Shown here one piece after another: positions 18,804-28,516 of a DNA stretch of 64,000 bases (the stretch's first letter is position 1; each line of letters opens with the position of its first letter). Made by a program: the position numbers and the translations under genes. This stretch comes from an uncultured Actinomycetes bacterium (GTDB lineage Bacteria > Actinomycetota > UBA4738 > HRBIN12): NCBI GenBank assembly GCA_963792215.1, contig CAWBVL010000007.1, positions 325,044 through 389,043 on the forward strand. The letters are read 5' to 3'. The notes below the pieces were generated by a model, which was not told the DNA's origin, searched no databases, and was given only the letters and a program-made list of their open reading frames with translations.

Positions 18804-21568
18804 GCGCGGTCGCGCGAGCCCTCAAGATCCACGCCGGTGAACGCCGGGTCGCCGTGTCCTTGATCGCGCTGTCGTTCATCGTGATGGCCGGCCAGGTGAT
18901 CGGGCAGAGCGCCGCGACCGCGCTGTTCTTCGACCGCGTCGGTACGGACGCGTTGCCCACCGTCTATCTGTTGCAAGGCGCGAGCTGCCTCGTGCTGATG
19001 CTGGTGATGACGGGCGCGCTGGGGCGAACCGATCAACGCCGCGCCTTCTTGGTGATGGGCGCTGGTCTCACCGTCGTCGTGTTCGCGGAACGGGTCGCAC
19101 TGATCGGCGGCGCGAGGTGGACCTACTGGGTGTTGTGGCTGACGGTCGCGCTCGCCGTATTGGTCCAGACGGTGTTCCTGTGGGGGATCGCCGGGATGGT
19201 GACCGACACCCGACAGGCAAAGCGGCTGTTCCCGTTGTTCGCGGCCGGCGGGATCCTCGGGTCGGTCCTGGGCGGGCTCGTGACCGCCCCGCTCGTACAC
19301 CTGGTCGGCGCGGCGAACCTGCTGTTGGCCTGGGGCATCACCCTGGTCGCGGCGTTGGCGCTCGCTCGATGGATCCTGCCGCCCGCGGCGCACCGCACGA
19401 TCCGGCGACCATCGCGCGCGGGACCCGTTGCGGACCTCGTGTCGGCGCTTCGGTACGTGATGCGGTCACGACTGCTCGTCTGGATGACCTTGGCCGCCGT
19501 GCTGTTCTCGGTGCTCTTCTACTCCTTGTTCCTGCCGTGGGCCGCGGCGGCCGCAGCCCATTACCCAACCACCGACGGGGTGGCCGCATTCATCGGGTTG
19601 TTCTCGGCCGTGACGACCGCCGCCGCGTTCCTCATATCCGCCGGCCTGACGAACCGGCTGTTCGTCCGGTTCGGGATCGCGCTGGCCGTCCTGGTCCTGC
19701 CGCTGTTGTACGTCGGCTCTTTCGGCATCCTCCTGGTGACCTCGACGTTCGCGGTGCTGGTCGGCGTGCGCGCGGCGACCGGGATCTGGCTGCAAGGGGT
19801 CGCGTCCCCTGCGTGGGAGACGCTCACCAACGTCGTTCCCTCCGACCGCCGCGACCAGGTGCGCACGTTCTTGAACGGTGGACCGTCGCAGGCCGGCACC
19901 GCGATCGCGGGCGTGATCGCGCTGGTCGGCACCAACGTGCTGACACCGCGGCAGCTGACCATGGTCGGGTTGGTCACCGCGATCCTGACGCTCGCGGTCA
20001 CCTGGGCGATCAAGCGCTCGTACGCGACGGCCTTGGTCGACGCCCTCCGGGCAGGGCGGCCGGTGTTCACAGACGAAGCGAGCCGCGTGGCGCCGTTCGC
20101 GCTGGACGGCGACGCCCAGGCGATCGACACGGTGCTGGCTGCTGCGGAGGACCCGAGCGCGTCGGTTCGCCGGCTGGCGGTGCAGATGCTCGCCGGGCTC
20201 GACGACGAGCGAGCACGCGACCGGCTTCGCGCGGCCCTCGACGATGCGGATCCAGGTGTGGTCGCCCTCGCCGCTGCATCGCTCGCCGGAACCGACACGG
20301 CGGTCGCCGAGCGACTTCGCGCGCTCGCGACGGACGCCGATCCCGGTGTGCGCGCCTCGACGTTGGCCGCACTCACGGTCGCGCCTGCGAACGTCGGCGG
20401 GCCCATCGCTTCGGGCGCGATCGCCGACCCGGAGCCTATGGTCCGTGCCGCCGCGCTGCGCGCGCTGGCCGGCCTCGATCCAGAGCTCGCGCGCGCGCCC
20501 GCGATCGCGCTGATGCAGGATCCGAGCGCGGTTGTCCGCCATGCGGCAGCGCGCGCGGCGGCCGGCGTCGCCGACGGAATGGTGCCCGCGCTGCTCGACG
20601 CCCTCCACGAGCCGCTCGCTCAAGATGCCGCGCTCGACGCGCTCTCGCATCTCACCATCGGTGACCACACCGCTGAGGTGGACGACTTCGCGACCGGGCT
20701 GCTCGCCGACGCGGCGCGAGATCGTGATCTGGCCGACGCGCTGACCGACGACGACGACGCCACCGTCTTGCTCCGCGACGCGGTCCTCGCACGCGGCCGG
20801 GCCACCGGACGCACGGCGTTCCGCGCCCTATCGCTGACGCATGAGGACGGCGCCTCGCTTCGCGCCGCGATCGAGAACCTCGACTCCGCGGACGGCGCGC
20901 AGGCGGCGACCGCGCTCGAGACCCTCGAGTCGACAAGCGCGCAGACATCGATCCGGCCGTTGATCCCGCTGTGGGACCGATCCGAGGCCGGGCACCACGA
21001 CGGTGCGGCCGATGCGGTCGAGCGCGCGGCCCACGACCCCGACCCGTTCATCGCGATGTGCGGCGAGCTGGTCCTACGCAACGGTGCCACCACACGAACG
21101 GAAGGAACCTCGATGGACGTCCACACCACGATGCCGGCGATGGAACGTGTGCTCTTCCTCCGGAAGGTGCCGTTGTTCGACGAGCTCGCACCCGCCGACC
21201 TGTTGCCGATCGCCGAGGTCGCCGACGAGCAGCGCTTCGCCGACGGGGACCGCCTCGGCGACGAAGGCGAGATGGGCGACGGCATGCACGTCATCGTCGC
21301 CGGCTCCGTGCACGTGCGGAGCGGCGACGAGACGATCGCCGAACGCGGGCCCGGCGACGTCGTCGGCGAGCTCTCGCTGATCACCGCCCGCCCGCGGATG
21401 GCCGACCTGATCGCCGACGGCGACGTCCGCACGATCTGGATCACGCGCCGCGCGTTCGAAGGGATGGTGCACGATCGCCCCGACGTCGCGATCGGCGTGA
21501 TGCGGGTGCTCGCGACGCGTCTGGGCGAACACGCGCGCGACCGGGCCACGCAGCACCCTCGCGCCTGA
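18800..21568 (+). CDS. Polytopic membrane (MFS-like) domain fused to HEAT repeats and a C-terminal cyclic-nucleotide-binding domain
   Basis: About 12 hydrophobic helices. Repeated D.D..VR..A..AL HEAT units. cNMP-binding core FLRKVPLFDEL...GDVVGELSLI...RMADL. GTG at 18800 overlaps the cyclase stop (GTGA). Confidence 0.75.
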   Translation: MSAVARALKIHAGERRVAVSLIALSFIVMAGQVIGQSAATALFFDRVGTDALPTVYLLQGASCLVLMLVMTGALGRTDQRRAFLVMGAGLTVVVFAERVALIGGARWTYWVLWLTVALAVLVQTVFLWGIAGMVTDTRQAKRLFPLFAAGGILGSVLGGLVTAPLVHLVGAANLLLAWGITLVAALALARWILPPAAHRTIRRPSRAGPVADLVSALRYVMRSRLLVWMTLAAVLFSVLFYSLFLPWAAAAAAHYPTTDGVAAFIGLFSAVTTAAAFLISAGLTNRLFVRFGIALAVLVLPLLYVGSFGILLVTSTFAVLVGVRAATGIWLQGVASPAWETLTNVVPSDRRDQVRTFLNGGPSQAGTAIAGVIALVGTNVLTPRQLTMVGLVTAILTLAVTWAIKRSYATALVDALRAGRPVFTDEASRVAPFALDGDAQAIDTVLAAAEDPSASVRRLAVQMLAGLDDERARDRLRAALDDADPGVVALAAASLAGTDTAVAERLRALATDADPGVRASTLAALTVAPANVGGPIASGAIADPEPMVRAAALRALAGLDPELARAPAIALMQDPSAVVRHAAARAAAGVADGMVPALLDALHEPLAQDAALDALSHLTIGDHTAEVDDFATGLLADAARDRDLADALTDDDDATVLLRDAVLARGRATGRTAFRALSLTHEDGASLRAAIENLDSADGAQAATALETLESTSAQTSIRPLIPLWDRSEAGHHDGAADAVERAAHDPDPFIAMCGELVLRNGATTRTEGTSMDVHTTMPAMERVLFLRKVPLFDELAPADLLPIAEVADEQRFADGDRLGDEGEMGDGMHVIVAGSVHVRSGDETIAERGPGDVVGELSLITARPRMADLIADGDVRTIWITRRAFEGMVHDRPDVAIGVMRVLATRLGEHARDRATQHPRA

Positions 21569-21720
21569 ACGCGATGCAAGCCGCGCTTCGTGACGGTCGT
21601 CGTTGGCGCGACGCAGGCGGACGCGAGGAGACAGAGCAGGAGCGCGAGAGGGGCACGCACGTTGCGAGCATGCCACGCGCTCTGACATCCCGAGGAACCG
21701 GCACGGTACCCTTGGCCGCC

Positions 21721-22566
21721 ATGACGATCCGGATCTTCATCTCCGTGGACATGGAGGGCATCGGCGGGATCACGACGGTGCGCCAGACCACGCGCGGCAC
21801 CGACGACTACGCCTGGGCGCGTCAGCTGATGACCCAGGAGGCGAACGCGGCGATCGCCGGCGCGGCCGACGTCGGTGCGCTCAAGATCGTCGTGTCCGAT
21901 TCCCACGGCGACATGGGGAACATCCTGCCGCTCGAACTCGACCCTCGCGCAGAGCTCGTCCAGGGAACGCCCAAGCTCCCATGGAGCATGATGACCGGCA
22001 TCGAGGAGGGCTTCACCGGCTGCGTCTTCATCGGGTATCACGCGGGCGCGGGCACGGCGAGCGCGATCCTCGACCACACGTTCACCGGCTGGTTCGCCGA
22101 CATCCGCGTGAACGGTCTGTCCTGGAACGAAACCCACCTGAACGCCGCCCTCGCAGGCACGTTCAACGTGCCGCTGCTATTCGTGTCGGGCGATGAGGAA
22201 TGTTGCAACCAAGCCACGGCCGCGCTTCCCTGGGTCCGCGCGTTCGCGACCAAGACCGGCTTCGCGGCGATGTCGGGCCGGTCGAAGTCACCGAAGACCG
22301 TGCAGGACGCCACACGGCGGCTCGTCGCCGAGTCGGTGAAGAACGCCGACAAGGCGCAGGTGTGGAAGCCGGACGGACCGTTCGCGCTGGAAGCGTTGCT
22401 CACCTCGAGCGCGCTCGGCGACATGCTCGCGATCGTTCCCGGAACCGAGCGCACGAGCCCGCGATCCGTGAAGTTCGAATGTCCTGACATCCGCACGATG
22501 TACCGGATGCTGCTGACCTGGCTGAACCTCGGGCGCCGCGTCGGCCCTCGCACGCCGGTCGAGTAG
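21721..22566 (+). CDS. M55-family D-aminopeptidase (DppA-like)
   Basis: N-terminus MTIRIFISVDMEGIGGIT and SDSHGDMGN are typical of Peptidase_M55. Confidence 0.8.
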   Translation: MTIRIFISVDMEGIGGITTVRQTTRGTDDYAWARQLMTQEANAAIAGAADVGALKIVVSDSHGDMGNILPLELDPRAELVQGTPKLPWSMMTGIEEGFTGCVFIGYHAGAGTASAILDHTFTGWFADIRVNGLSWNETHLNAALAGTFNVPLLFVSGDEECCNQATAALPWVRAFATKTGFAAMSGRSKSPKTVQDATRRLVAESVKNADKAQVWKPDGPFALEALLTSSALGDMLAIVPGTERTSPRSVKFECPDIRTMYRMLLTWLNLGRRVGPRTPVE

Positions 22567-22569
22567 AAG

Positions 22570-24657
22570 CTAGATCCCGACCGTACGGATCTCGGCCACA
22601 CCCAGATCCACGGAGTCGTTCCCGATCATCACGCTGGTCGGGTGGGGATGGGCGTTCCACACGCGGACCTCCGTCCGACCGTCACGCCTTCGAACGTTCG
22701 AAAGCTGCGCCGCTTGGAGGTCGACCGAGAGCAGCGACCCTGCGCGGGGGATATCGCCGCCACCGGCCGCCGGCGCTTCCGTGATCGGCAACGCGAACCG
22801 CTCCCATCCATGCAGGAGCGCACCGCCGACAGGCGCGCCCGGCCACACCGCGAGCGAGAACGGTGTTTCGCCGATCATCTGCGCATCCGGCGTCGGCGTG
22901 CGGGGTCCCGCATCCCAGGGACGCGTCGCGAGGCTGCCGCTGATCCGGCCGACACACCGCAGCAGCGTGACGGCGAGCGCATCCCCATCGACTTCGTACT
23001 CGAAGACGCCCTCGTGGAGCACGGCGACGTCACCCGCGACGACGACGTGACGGGCCGGCCACGTGGCCGAGGCCGACTCGAGCCCGCTGCCCTCCCCGAC
23101 CAAGGGCCGCGAGACCAGCTCGAACGGTGCACCGGCGAGCGAACGCTCGACCGCCGACGGAAGCGTCACGACGAGACGGAGCCGATGGTCGGGACGATCG
23201 TTGCGGATCCGCCCTTCCAGACGGATGAACGGCTCGCCCTCGCGACGGCGCACGCGAGCCCGCACGACAAGGCCAACCCATCCGGCCACGACCTCGTCAT
23301 CACGCACCTCGATCATCGCGGGTGGTGACGCCACCTGGTCCGGTTCGTCGTAACAGAAGTTGTATAGGTCGCCGACGTCCGGCTCGTCGAGCAATCGCAC
23401 CTCGAGTCCGTCGATCACGATCGCGTCGTCCCGTACTTCGATCTCGACCGGCACCTCCTTCGGCCGCACGGCAGCGTCGACCACCGAATAGCCGAGCGGA
23501 AGGACGCCCTCGCGCTCGAACGGCGAGGGGTTGAACCGCAGGATGCCAGGCGGACCCTCGACGCGAGATCCCAACGAGGTCAGCGCGCGCTCCACGATGT
23601 CCTCACAGATCGCACGCGCCTCCGCGAAGCGGCCGTCGACGTCGATCGCGACCTGGTCATGGGAGCACCCGCACGCGGAGTCGTGCGCTCCGTTCCACAG
23701 CAGCAACCTCCATGCTCGCCGCAGCTCCTCCTCGGGCCAGTCGAACCCCGGTACAAGCGACGCGAGCGGCTCGGCGTACCGCTCGAGCAACGCCTCCACT
23801 AGCCCTCGTTCCTGCTTCTGATGGACGCGCGCGGAGTACACGTTCGGCAGGAGGTGCGCTCGGGCAGACGAGCGAAGTTCGCCGGTCCACACGGGAAGGT
23901 CGTCGGGCACCGTTCGCCCATCGACGTAGGAAGCCAGGCCGGCGATCCGTATGCCAGGCTCGCGCAGCCGGTCTGGCAGCGCCGCGTCCGGGCCCGCGTG
24001 GTCGTACCCGACCATCACCACGGCGCGCTCGTCCACCGAGAACGACCGGAGCGCATCGACGCTGGCGCCGATCGCCGTGGCGAGCGACGCCTCGTCTTCG
24101 GTCTGCTCGAAGAACGATCCGTTCGAGTAGCCATACGGCATGTATTCGGCCACGACCTCGCTCCCGTCCGGCGAACGCCACCGGAAGCTCGAGCGTTCGA
24201 TCGACGCCGGGACACCGCGCCACACCATCGCTCGATCGAGACCGGCAATCCGCAGCAGCTGCGGCATCTGCCCGATGTGCCCGAACTGGTCGGGCATGTA
24301 GCCGAGCCGCAGGGCGCCACCGAGCTCGTCCGCGCGGGCGAGCCCCATCTCGAGATTGCGGATGTGCGACTCCCCGCTCGTCAGGAACTCGTCCATCTGC
24401 GTCACCCACGGCCCCGCCGATAGTTGCCCGGAGCGGACGAGCGCCACGAGCTCGTCCGCGCGCTCCGGCCGACGCTCGAGGTAGTCGTCGATCATCGCGG
24501 TTTGCCCGTCCAGGTGGAAATGCGGAAAGCCGGCCGCGCCCAGATCCAGGAGTGTGTCCATCATGGTGACGAGCCGCTCGCTGAACACCGCGAACGGCTC
24601 GTACCACTCGCGGTCCCAGTGGGTATGCGGCACGAGCCACACCCGGGTGGAACTCAC
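22570..24657 (-). CDS. GH38-family alpha-mannosidase / mannosylglycerate hydrolase-like
   Basis: N-terminal VPHTHWDREWY motif, 695 aa. Confidence 0.85.
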   Translation of the reverse strand: MSSTRVWLVPHTHWDREWYEPFAVFSERLVTMMDTLLDLGAAGFPHFHLDGQTAMIDDYLERRPERADELVALVRSGQLSAGPWVTQMDEFLTSGESHIRNLEMGLARADELGGALRLGYMPDQFGHIGQMPQLLRIAGLDRAMVWRGVPASIERSSFRWRSPDGSEVVAEYMPYGYSNGSFFEQTEDEASLATAIGASVDALRSFSVDERAVVMVGYDHAGPDAALPDRLREPGIRIAGLASYVDGRTVPDDLPVWTGELRSSARAHLLPNVYSARVHQKQERGLVEALLERYAEPLASLVPGFDWPEEELRRAWRLLLWNGAHDSACGCSHDQVAIDVDGRFAEARAICEDIVERALTSLGSRVEGPPGILRFNPSPFEREGVLPLGYSVVDAAVRPKEVPVEIEVRDDAIVIDGLEVRLLDEPDVGDLYNFCYDEPDQVASPPAMIEVRDDEVVAGWVGLVVRARVRRREGEPFIRLEGRIRNDRPDHRLRLVVTLPSAVERSLAGAPFELVSRPLVGEGSGLESASATWPARHVVVAGDVAVLHEGVFEYEVDGDALAVTLLRCVGRISGSLATRPWDAGPRTPTPDAQMIGETPFSLAVWPGAPVGGALLHGWERFALPITEAPAAGGGDIPRAGSLLSVDLQAAQLSNVRRRDGRTEVRVWNAHPHPTSVMIGNDSVDLGVAEIRTVGI

Positions 24658-25658
24658 GACGCCGGCACGCCCCAGAAATGCGCCGTGACTTCATCGCGCA
24701 CACGCGACGACGCGTTCGAGGTGATGGGCTCCTGCGCGAGCTCGAGCGCCATCAGCGCGGCCCCGACCACCGGCGGCGCGGTGAGCTCCCGGACCTCCGC
24801 TCGCGGGGCGGTCCGCCGAACACCGAGCTCGAGCTCGTCGAGCAGATAACGATTCGGCGTTCGGAACAGGCCGCCGGCGAGCACGACCTCGACCGGCAGG
24901 TTCGTCAGGTCGAGCCGCCGCGCCACAACGCCTGCAGCCTCGCCGAGCGCCTGCCCGATCCGCTCGAGCACGGTCCGTGCGACCAGGTCGCCCGCCTCGG
25001 TCGCCGCGAGCACCATCGGCGTCAGGTTCTGCAACGCGGGCTGGCGCAGCCTCGGGTCGGACCGCGCGAGCTTCTCCAGCATCGCCTCGACCGACGGATC
25101 TCCGAGCCGCTCGCATAGCATCTCGGTGAGGATCGTGGCGGGACCGCGACCGGTGAAGTGATCGGCGACGGCGCGCACGGCGAGCTCCGACACGTCGAAC
25201 TCATCCCCGAAGTCGCCGAACACCCGGCCCTCGCCGATCGTGCGGAACTCGGTGCCGACGGGGTCGCGGCCAACCGCGATCGTGCCGGTGCCGGCGATCA
25301 CCGCGATCCCCCACGACTCCGACGTACCGGCTCGCAAGGCGATGAAGGCGTCGTTCACCACGCGATGCGGAACGCCCGGCGCCGCCTTCTCGGCTACGGC
25401 CCCGAGCCGTGGTTCGTCCGACGGCCAGTCCAACCCCGCGAGTCCGAACGCGGACGCAGCGAGCGAGTCGACCCCGATGCCGGCAGCGTCCAGCGCGCCG
25501 TGCACTGCGGTGTCGATGGCGCCTTCGGCGCCATCGGCACCGGCGATCTCCCAGTTCGAGGCGCCGGCTTCGCCGGCGCCGATCACGGCTCCCACCTCGT
25601 CGACGACGACCGCGTACGTCTTGCGGCCGCCGCCGTCGACCCCGAGGACGCGCGTCAC
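24654..25658 (-). CDS. BadF/BadG/BcrA/BcrD-type ATPase (N-acetylglucosamine kinase-like)
   Basis: VLGVDGGGRKT phosphate-1 motif and ASKHA-fold pattern. Confidence 0.75.
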   Translation of the reverse strand: MTRVLGVDGGGRKTYAVVVDEVGAVIGAGEAGASNWEIAGADGAEGAIDTAVHGALDAAGIGVDSLAASAFGLAGLDWPSDEPRLGAVAEKAAPGVPHRVVNDAFIALRAGTSESWGIAVIAGTGTIAVGRDPVGTEFRTIGEGRVFGDFGDEFDVSELAVRAVADHFTGRGPATILTEMLCERLGDPSVEAMLEKLARSDPRLRQPALQNLTPMVLAATEAGDLVARTVLERIGQALGEAAGVVARRLDLTNLPVEVVLAGGLFRTPNRYLLDELELGVRRTAPRAEVRELTAPPVVGAALMALELAQEPITSNASSRVRDEVTAHFWGVPAS

Positions 25659-26593
25659 GCGAGCGCCTCCGCCGACGCATACGCAGCCTCGACGATCTCG
25701 ATCACCGCTCGGCCGTCCTCACCGCTCGGCCTCGGTTGCCGACCCTCCCCGATCGCACCGAGGAACTCTCGCATCTGCGCCGTGTACATCGGCTGCGTGC
25801 AGTGCTCATAGTCCACGCTCGGTTCCTCGCGCGGGAAGATACGGGCGTAGCCGCCCGTCCCGTACACCTCGGTCTCGGCCTCGAGCCCTTCCTTGTGCGG
25901 CTGCCACCAGCCCGACTCGACGACGGAGTTCGTTCCCTGCGACCACGAGATCAACAGGATCCCGTCATCGTCGACGTCATAGTCGCCGTACCGCGTGCCG
26001 ATCGCCGCGCACACCCGCACGGGCGACGGATCGCTCAGCAGGAACCGCGCGGTGTCGATCGCATGCACGCCCATGTCGGGGAGCGCTCCCCCACCTGCGA
26101 GCGCACGATCGACGAACCACCCGGACGGTCCGTCCCCGGCATGGACCCCGTAGCCACGCGTCTTGACGATCTCCCCAAGCTCGCCCGCGGCGATCCTGTC
26201 ACGCATCGACTGCACATCCGGATGGAACCGCCAGCAGTGGGCCACCATCAGCGATGCGCCGGAGTTGCGAGCCGCCTCGATCATCGCGTCGCACTCGGAT
26301 ATCGAAACGGCCATCGGCTTCTCCACGAGCACGTGCTTCCCGGCCGCGAGCGCCGCGATCGATTGCGGCGCGTGGAGGGCGTTCGGCGTCGCGACGACCA
26401 CGGCGTCGATCGTCGGATCGGCGGCCACCGCCTCCCAATCGGTCGTGACCTCCGAGATCCCGTGCCGCTCCGCGAACGCGCGCGCCGTCTCCTTCCGATG
26501 GTTGGCCACGATGGCCACCTCATGCCCGGACGCGACGACGCCGCGCGCGTGGAAGCCCTGGATCCAGCCGCAGCCGAAGAGCGCCACCCTCAT
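25655..26593 (-). CDS. Gfo/Idh/MocA-family NAD(P) oxidoreductase
   Basis: Rossmann MRVALFGCGWIQGFH and the EKP motif HVLVEKPMA. I rejected the longer ORF N-terminus. Confidence 0.8.
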   Translation of the reverse strand: MRVALFGCGWIQGFHARGVVASGHEVAIVANHRKETARAFAERHGISEVTTDWEAVAADPTIDAVVVATPNALHAPQSIAALAAGKHVLVEKPMAVSISECDAMIEAARNSGASLMVAHCWRFHPDVQSMRDRIAAGELGEIVKTRGYGVHAGDGPSGWFVDRALAGGGALPDMGVHAIDTARFLLSDPSPVRVCAAIGTRYGDYDVDDDGILLISWSQGTNSVVESGWWQPHKEGLEAETEVYGTGGYARIFPREEPSVDYEHCTQPMYTAQMREFLGAIGEGRQPRPSGEDGRAVIEIVEAAYASAEALA

Positions 26594-26604
26594 GGCGCGC
26601 GACA

Positions 26605-27447
26605 CTACCCCTTGACGCCGGTGACCGTGATGCCCTCGATGAAGACCTTCTGCATCAGGAAGAAGAGGATCACCACCGGAATCATAAACTCCAGCGACGC
26701 CGCCATCGTGAGGTTCCACTGGACGTGGTGCAGCGCCTTGAACTCGGACAGGCCGATCGCGAGGGTCCAGCTCTTGCTGTCCTCCCCCACGTAGAGCAAC
26801 GGCGCGAAGAAGTCGTTCCACGCGTAGAGGAAGTTGAAGAGCGCGACCGCGAGGATCGCGGGCTTGGCCAACGGCACGATCACCCGCGTCAAGATCTGCC
26901 AGTCGTTGGCCCCGTCGACCCGTGCCGCATCCGCGAGCTCGTCGGGGATCGATCGGAAGAACTGGCGCAAGAGGAAGATCGAGAATGCATCGCCGAAGAA
27001 ACTCGGCACGATCAACGGCTTCAACGACGGCACCCAATGGAACACCTTCACGAACACGATGTAGAGGGGCAGCGCGGTCACCTGGTACGGGAGCATCAGG
27101 GTTGCGAGGACCAGCACGAACACGACCTGTCGCCCGCGCCACCGCATCCGAGACAATGCGTACGCCACCGGGATCGACGACAGCACCACACCTGTGGTCG
27201 ACAGGAACGCGACGAGCAACGTGTTGAAGACGTATCGCCAGAACGGGATCGCGCCGAATACAGCGGTGTAGTTGCTCCATACGAATGGGTGCGGCCACAG
27301 ATCCTTCGTGTTGGCCTGCTGATCGGTCATGAGCGACGTCAGAACGACGAACACGAGCGGCCCCATGAACAAGACCGAAACGAGGATCAAACCCGCGTGG
27401 CTCCGGACCGTCTCGAACAGCCGGCGTCGCCGCACCGCAGCCGGCAC
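26605..27447 (-). CDS. Carbohydrate ABC transporter permease (MalG-like)
   Basis: EAA-like loop DELADAARVDGANDWQILTRVIVP. Start uncertain (GTG at 27447 or 27435). Confidence 0.8.
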   Translation of the reverse strand: MPAAVRRRRLFETVRSHAGLILVSVLFMGPLVFVVLTSLMTDQQANTKDLWPHPFVWSNYTAVFGAIPFWRYVFNTLLVAFLSTTGVVLSSIPVAYALSRMRWRGRQVVFVLVLATLMLPYQVTALPLYIVFVKVFHWVPSLKPLIVPSFFGDAFSIFLLRQFFRSIPDELADAARVDGANDWQILTRVIVPLAKPAILAVALFNFLYAWNDFFAPLLYVGEDSKSWTLAIGLSEFKALHHVQWNLTMAASLEFMIPVVILFFLMQKVFIEGITVTGVKG

Positions 27448-27506
27448 GTCGCGCTCAGGGACAACAGTGTTGACGGTGGGCGCCGGACGGAGGCGTTCCT
27501 TGAGTG

Positions 27507-28403
27507 CTATCGGTTCTCGCCTCCCTGGTAGAACACCCACCGACTCGAGGTCTTCAAGATAATCAATGTGCAGATCAATGTGATCACGAGCAACAGCCAC
27601 GCGAGCGCCGATGCGTAGCCCATCTGGTAATTCAGCCACCCGACCTGATAGAGCCTCGTCGTGAAGAACAGGAGCGACTGCAGCGGGCTCCCGAGCGCGT
27701 TGACGTCACCACCGCTCGCGGTGACGTTGGCGACGTAGGCCTCGGTGAATGTCTGGAACCCCTCGATCACGCCGATCACGAGCGTGAAGAAGATCACCGG
27801 CGAGATCATCGGCAGCGTCACGTGCCGCCATCGCTGATACCGCGACGCTCCCTCGATGTCCGCAGCCTCGTACAGCTGCCGCGGCACGTCGAGCAACCCC
27901 GCCAGGAAGATCACCATCGCGTCGCCGATGCCCCACAGCCCGATGATCAAGATCGCAGGCTTGGACCACGTCGGGCTCTGGAACCACAGCGGAGTGTTCT
28001 TCATGCCGAAACCGGAGAGGATCTGGTTGATCGGCCCGATCGTCGGATTGAACAGGAACACGAAGGCAAGCGCAGCGGCGACCGCGGGGGCAAGCGTCGG
28101 CAAGAAGAAGAATGTTCTGTAGGCGCTCACACCGCGCCGCGGTCGAACCAGGAGCGACGCGGTTGCAACCGCGACGATGATCCGCAGCGGCACGCCCCAG
28201 AAGATGATCCACACGGTGTTCCGAACGGCCGTCCAGAAGAACGGATCCTTCGTGAACATGAACGTGTAGTTCGCCGGCCCGATCCACCGCGGCGTGGACA
28301 ACAGGTCGTAGTGGGTGAACGAGTAGTACAGGCTCGCGACGACCGGATAGAGCGTGAAGACGAAGAACCCGATCAGCCACGGCGACAGGAACAGCAGCAC
28401 CAT
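27507..28403 (-). CDS. Carbohydrate ABC transporter permease (MalF/UgpA-like)
   Basis: LFLSPWLIGFFVFTLYP N-terminal TM and EAA loop YEAADIEGASRYQRWRHVTLP. See the finding on its N-terminus. Confidence 0.8.
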   Translation of the reverse strand: MVLLFLSPWLIGFFVFTLYPVVASLYYSFTHYDLLSTPRWIGPANYTFMFTKDPFFWTAVRNTVWIIFWGVPLRIIVAVATASLLVRPRRGVSAYRTFFFLPTLAPAVAAALAFVFLFNPTIGPINQILSGFGMKNTPLWFQSPTWSKPAILIIGLWGIGDAMVIFLAGLLDVPRQLYEAADIEGASRYQRWRHVTLPMISPVIFFTLVIGVIEGFQTFTEAYVANVTASGGDVNALGSPLQSLLFFTTRLYQVGWLNYQMGYASALAWLLLVITLICTLIILKTSSRWVFYQGGENR

Positions 28404-28516
28404 GAGGATGTTCTTGCGGGCGCGCTTGCGCTGCGCGGCCGAGCGCGGGCGAGGCTGAAGGGTCGGCCTCGCCCGCGCAACGGTGTCGCTCCTCGTCGTC
28501 GCGATCGGTCATCCTC

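Noticed and set aside
20971-21720. An N-terminal 250-aa extension of the DppA-like ORF. Analogous extensions occur at 25655..27298, 33538..34407, 31536..31892 and 32015..32773.
   Set aside because: The extensions overlap neighbouring real genes in other frames and are compositionally Arg-rich. Internal starts with an RBS or ATGA coupling fit the family N-termini.
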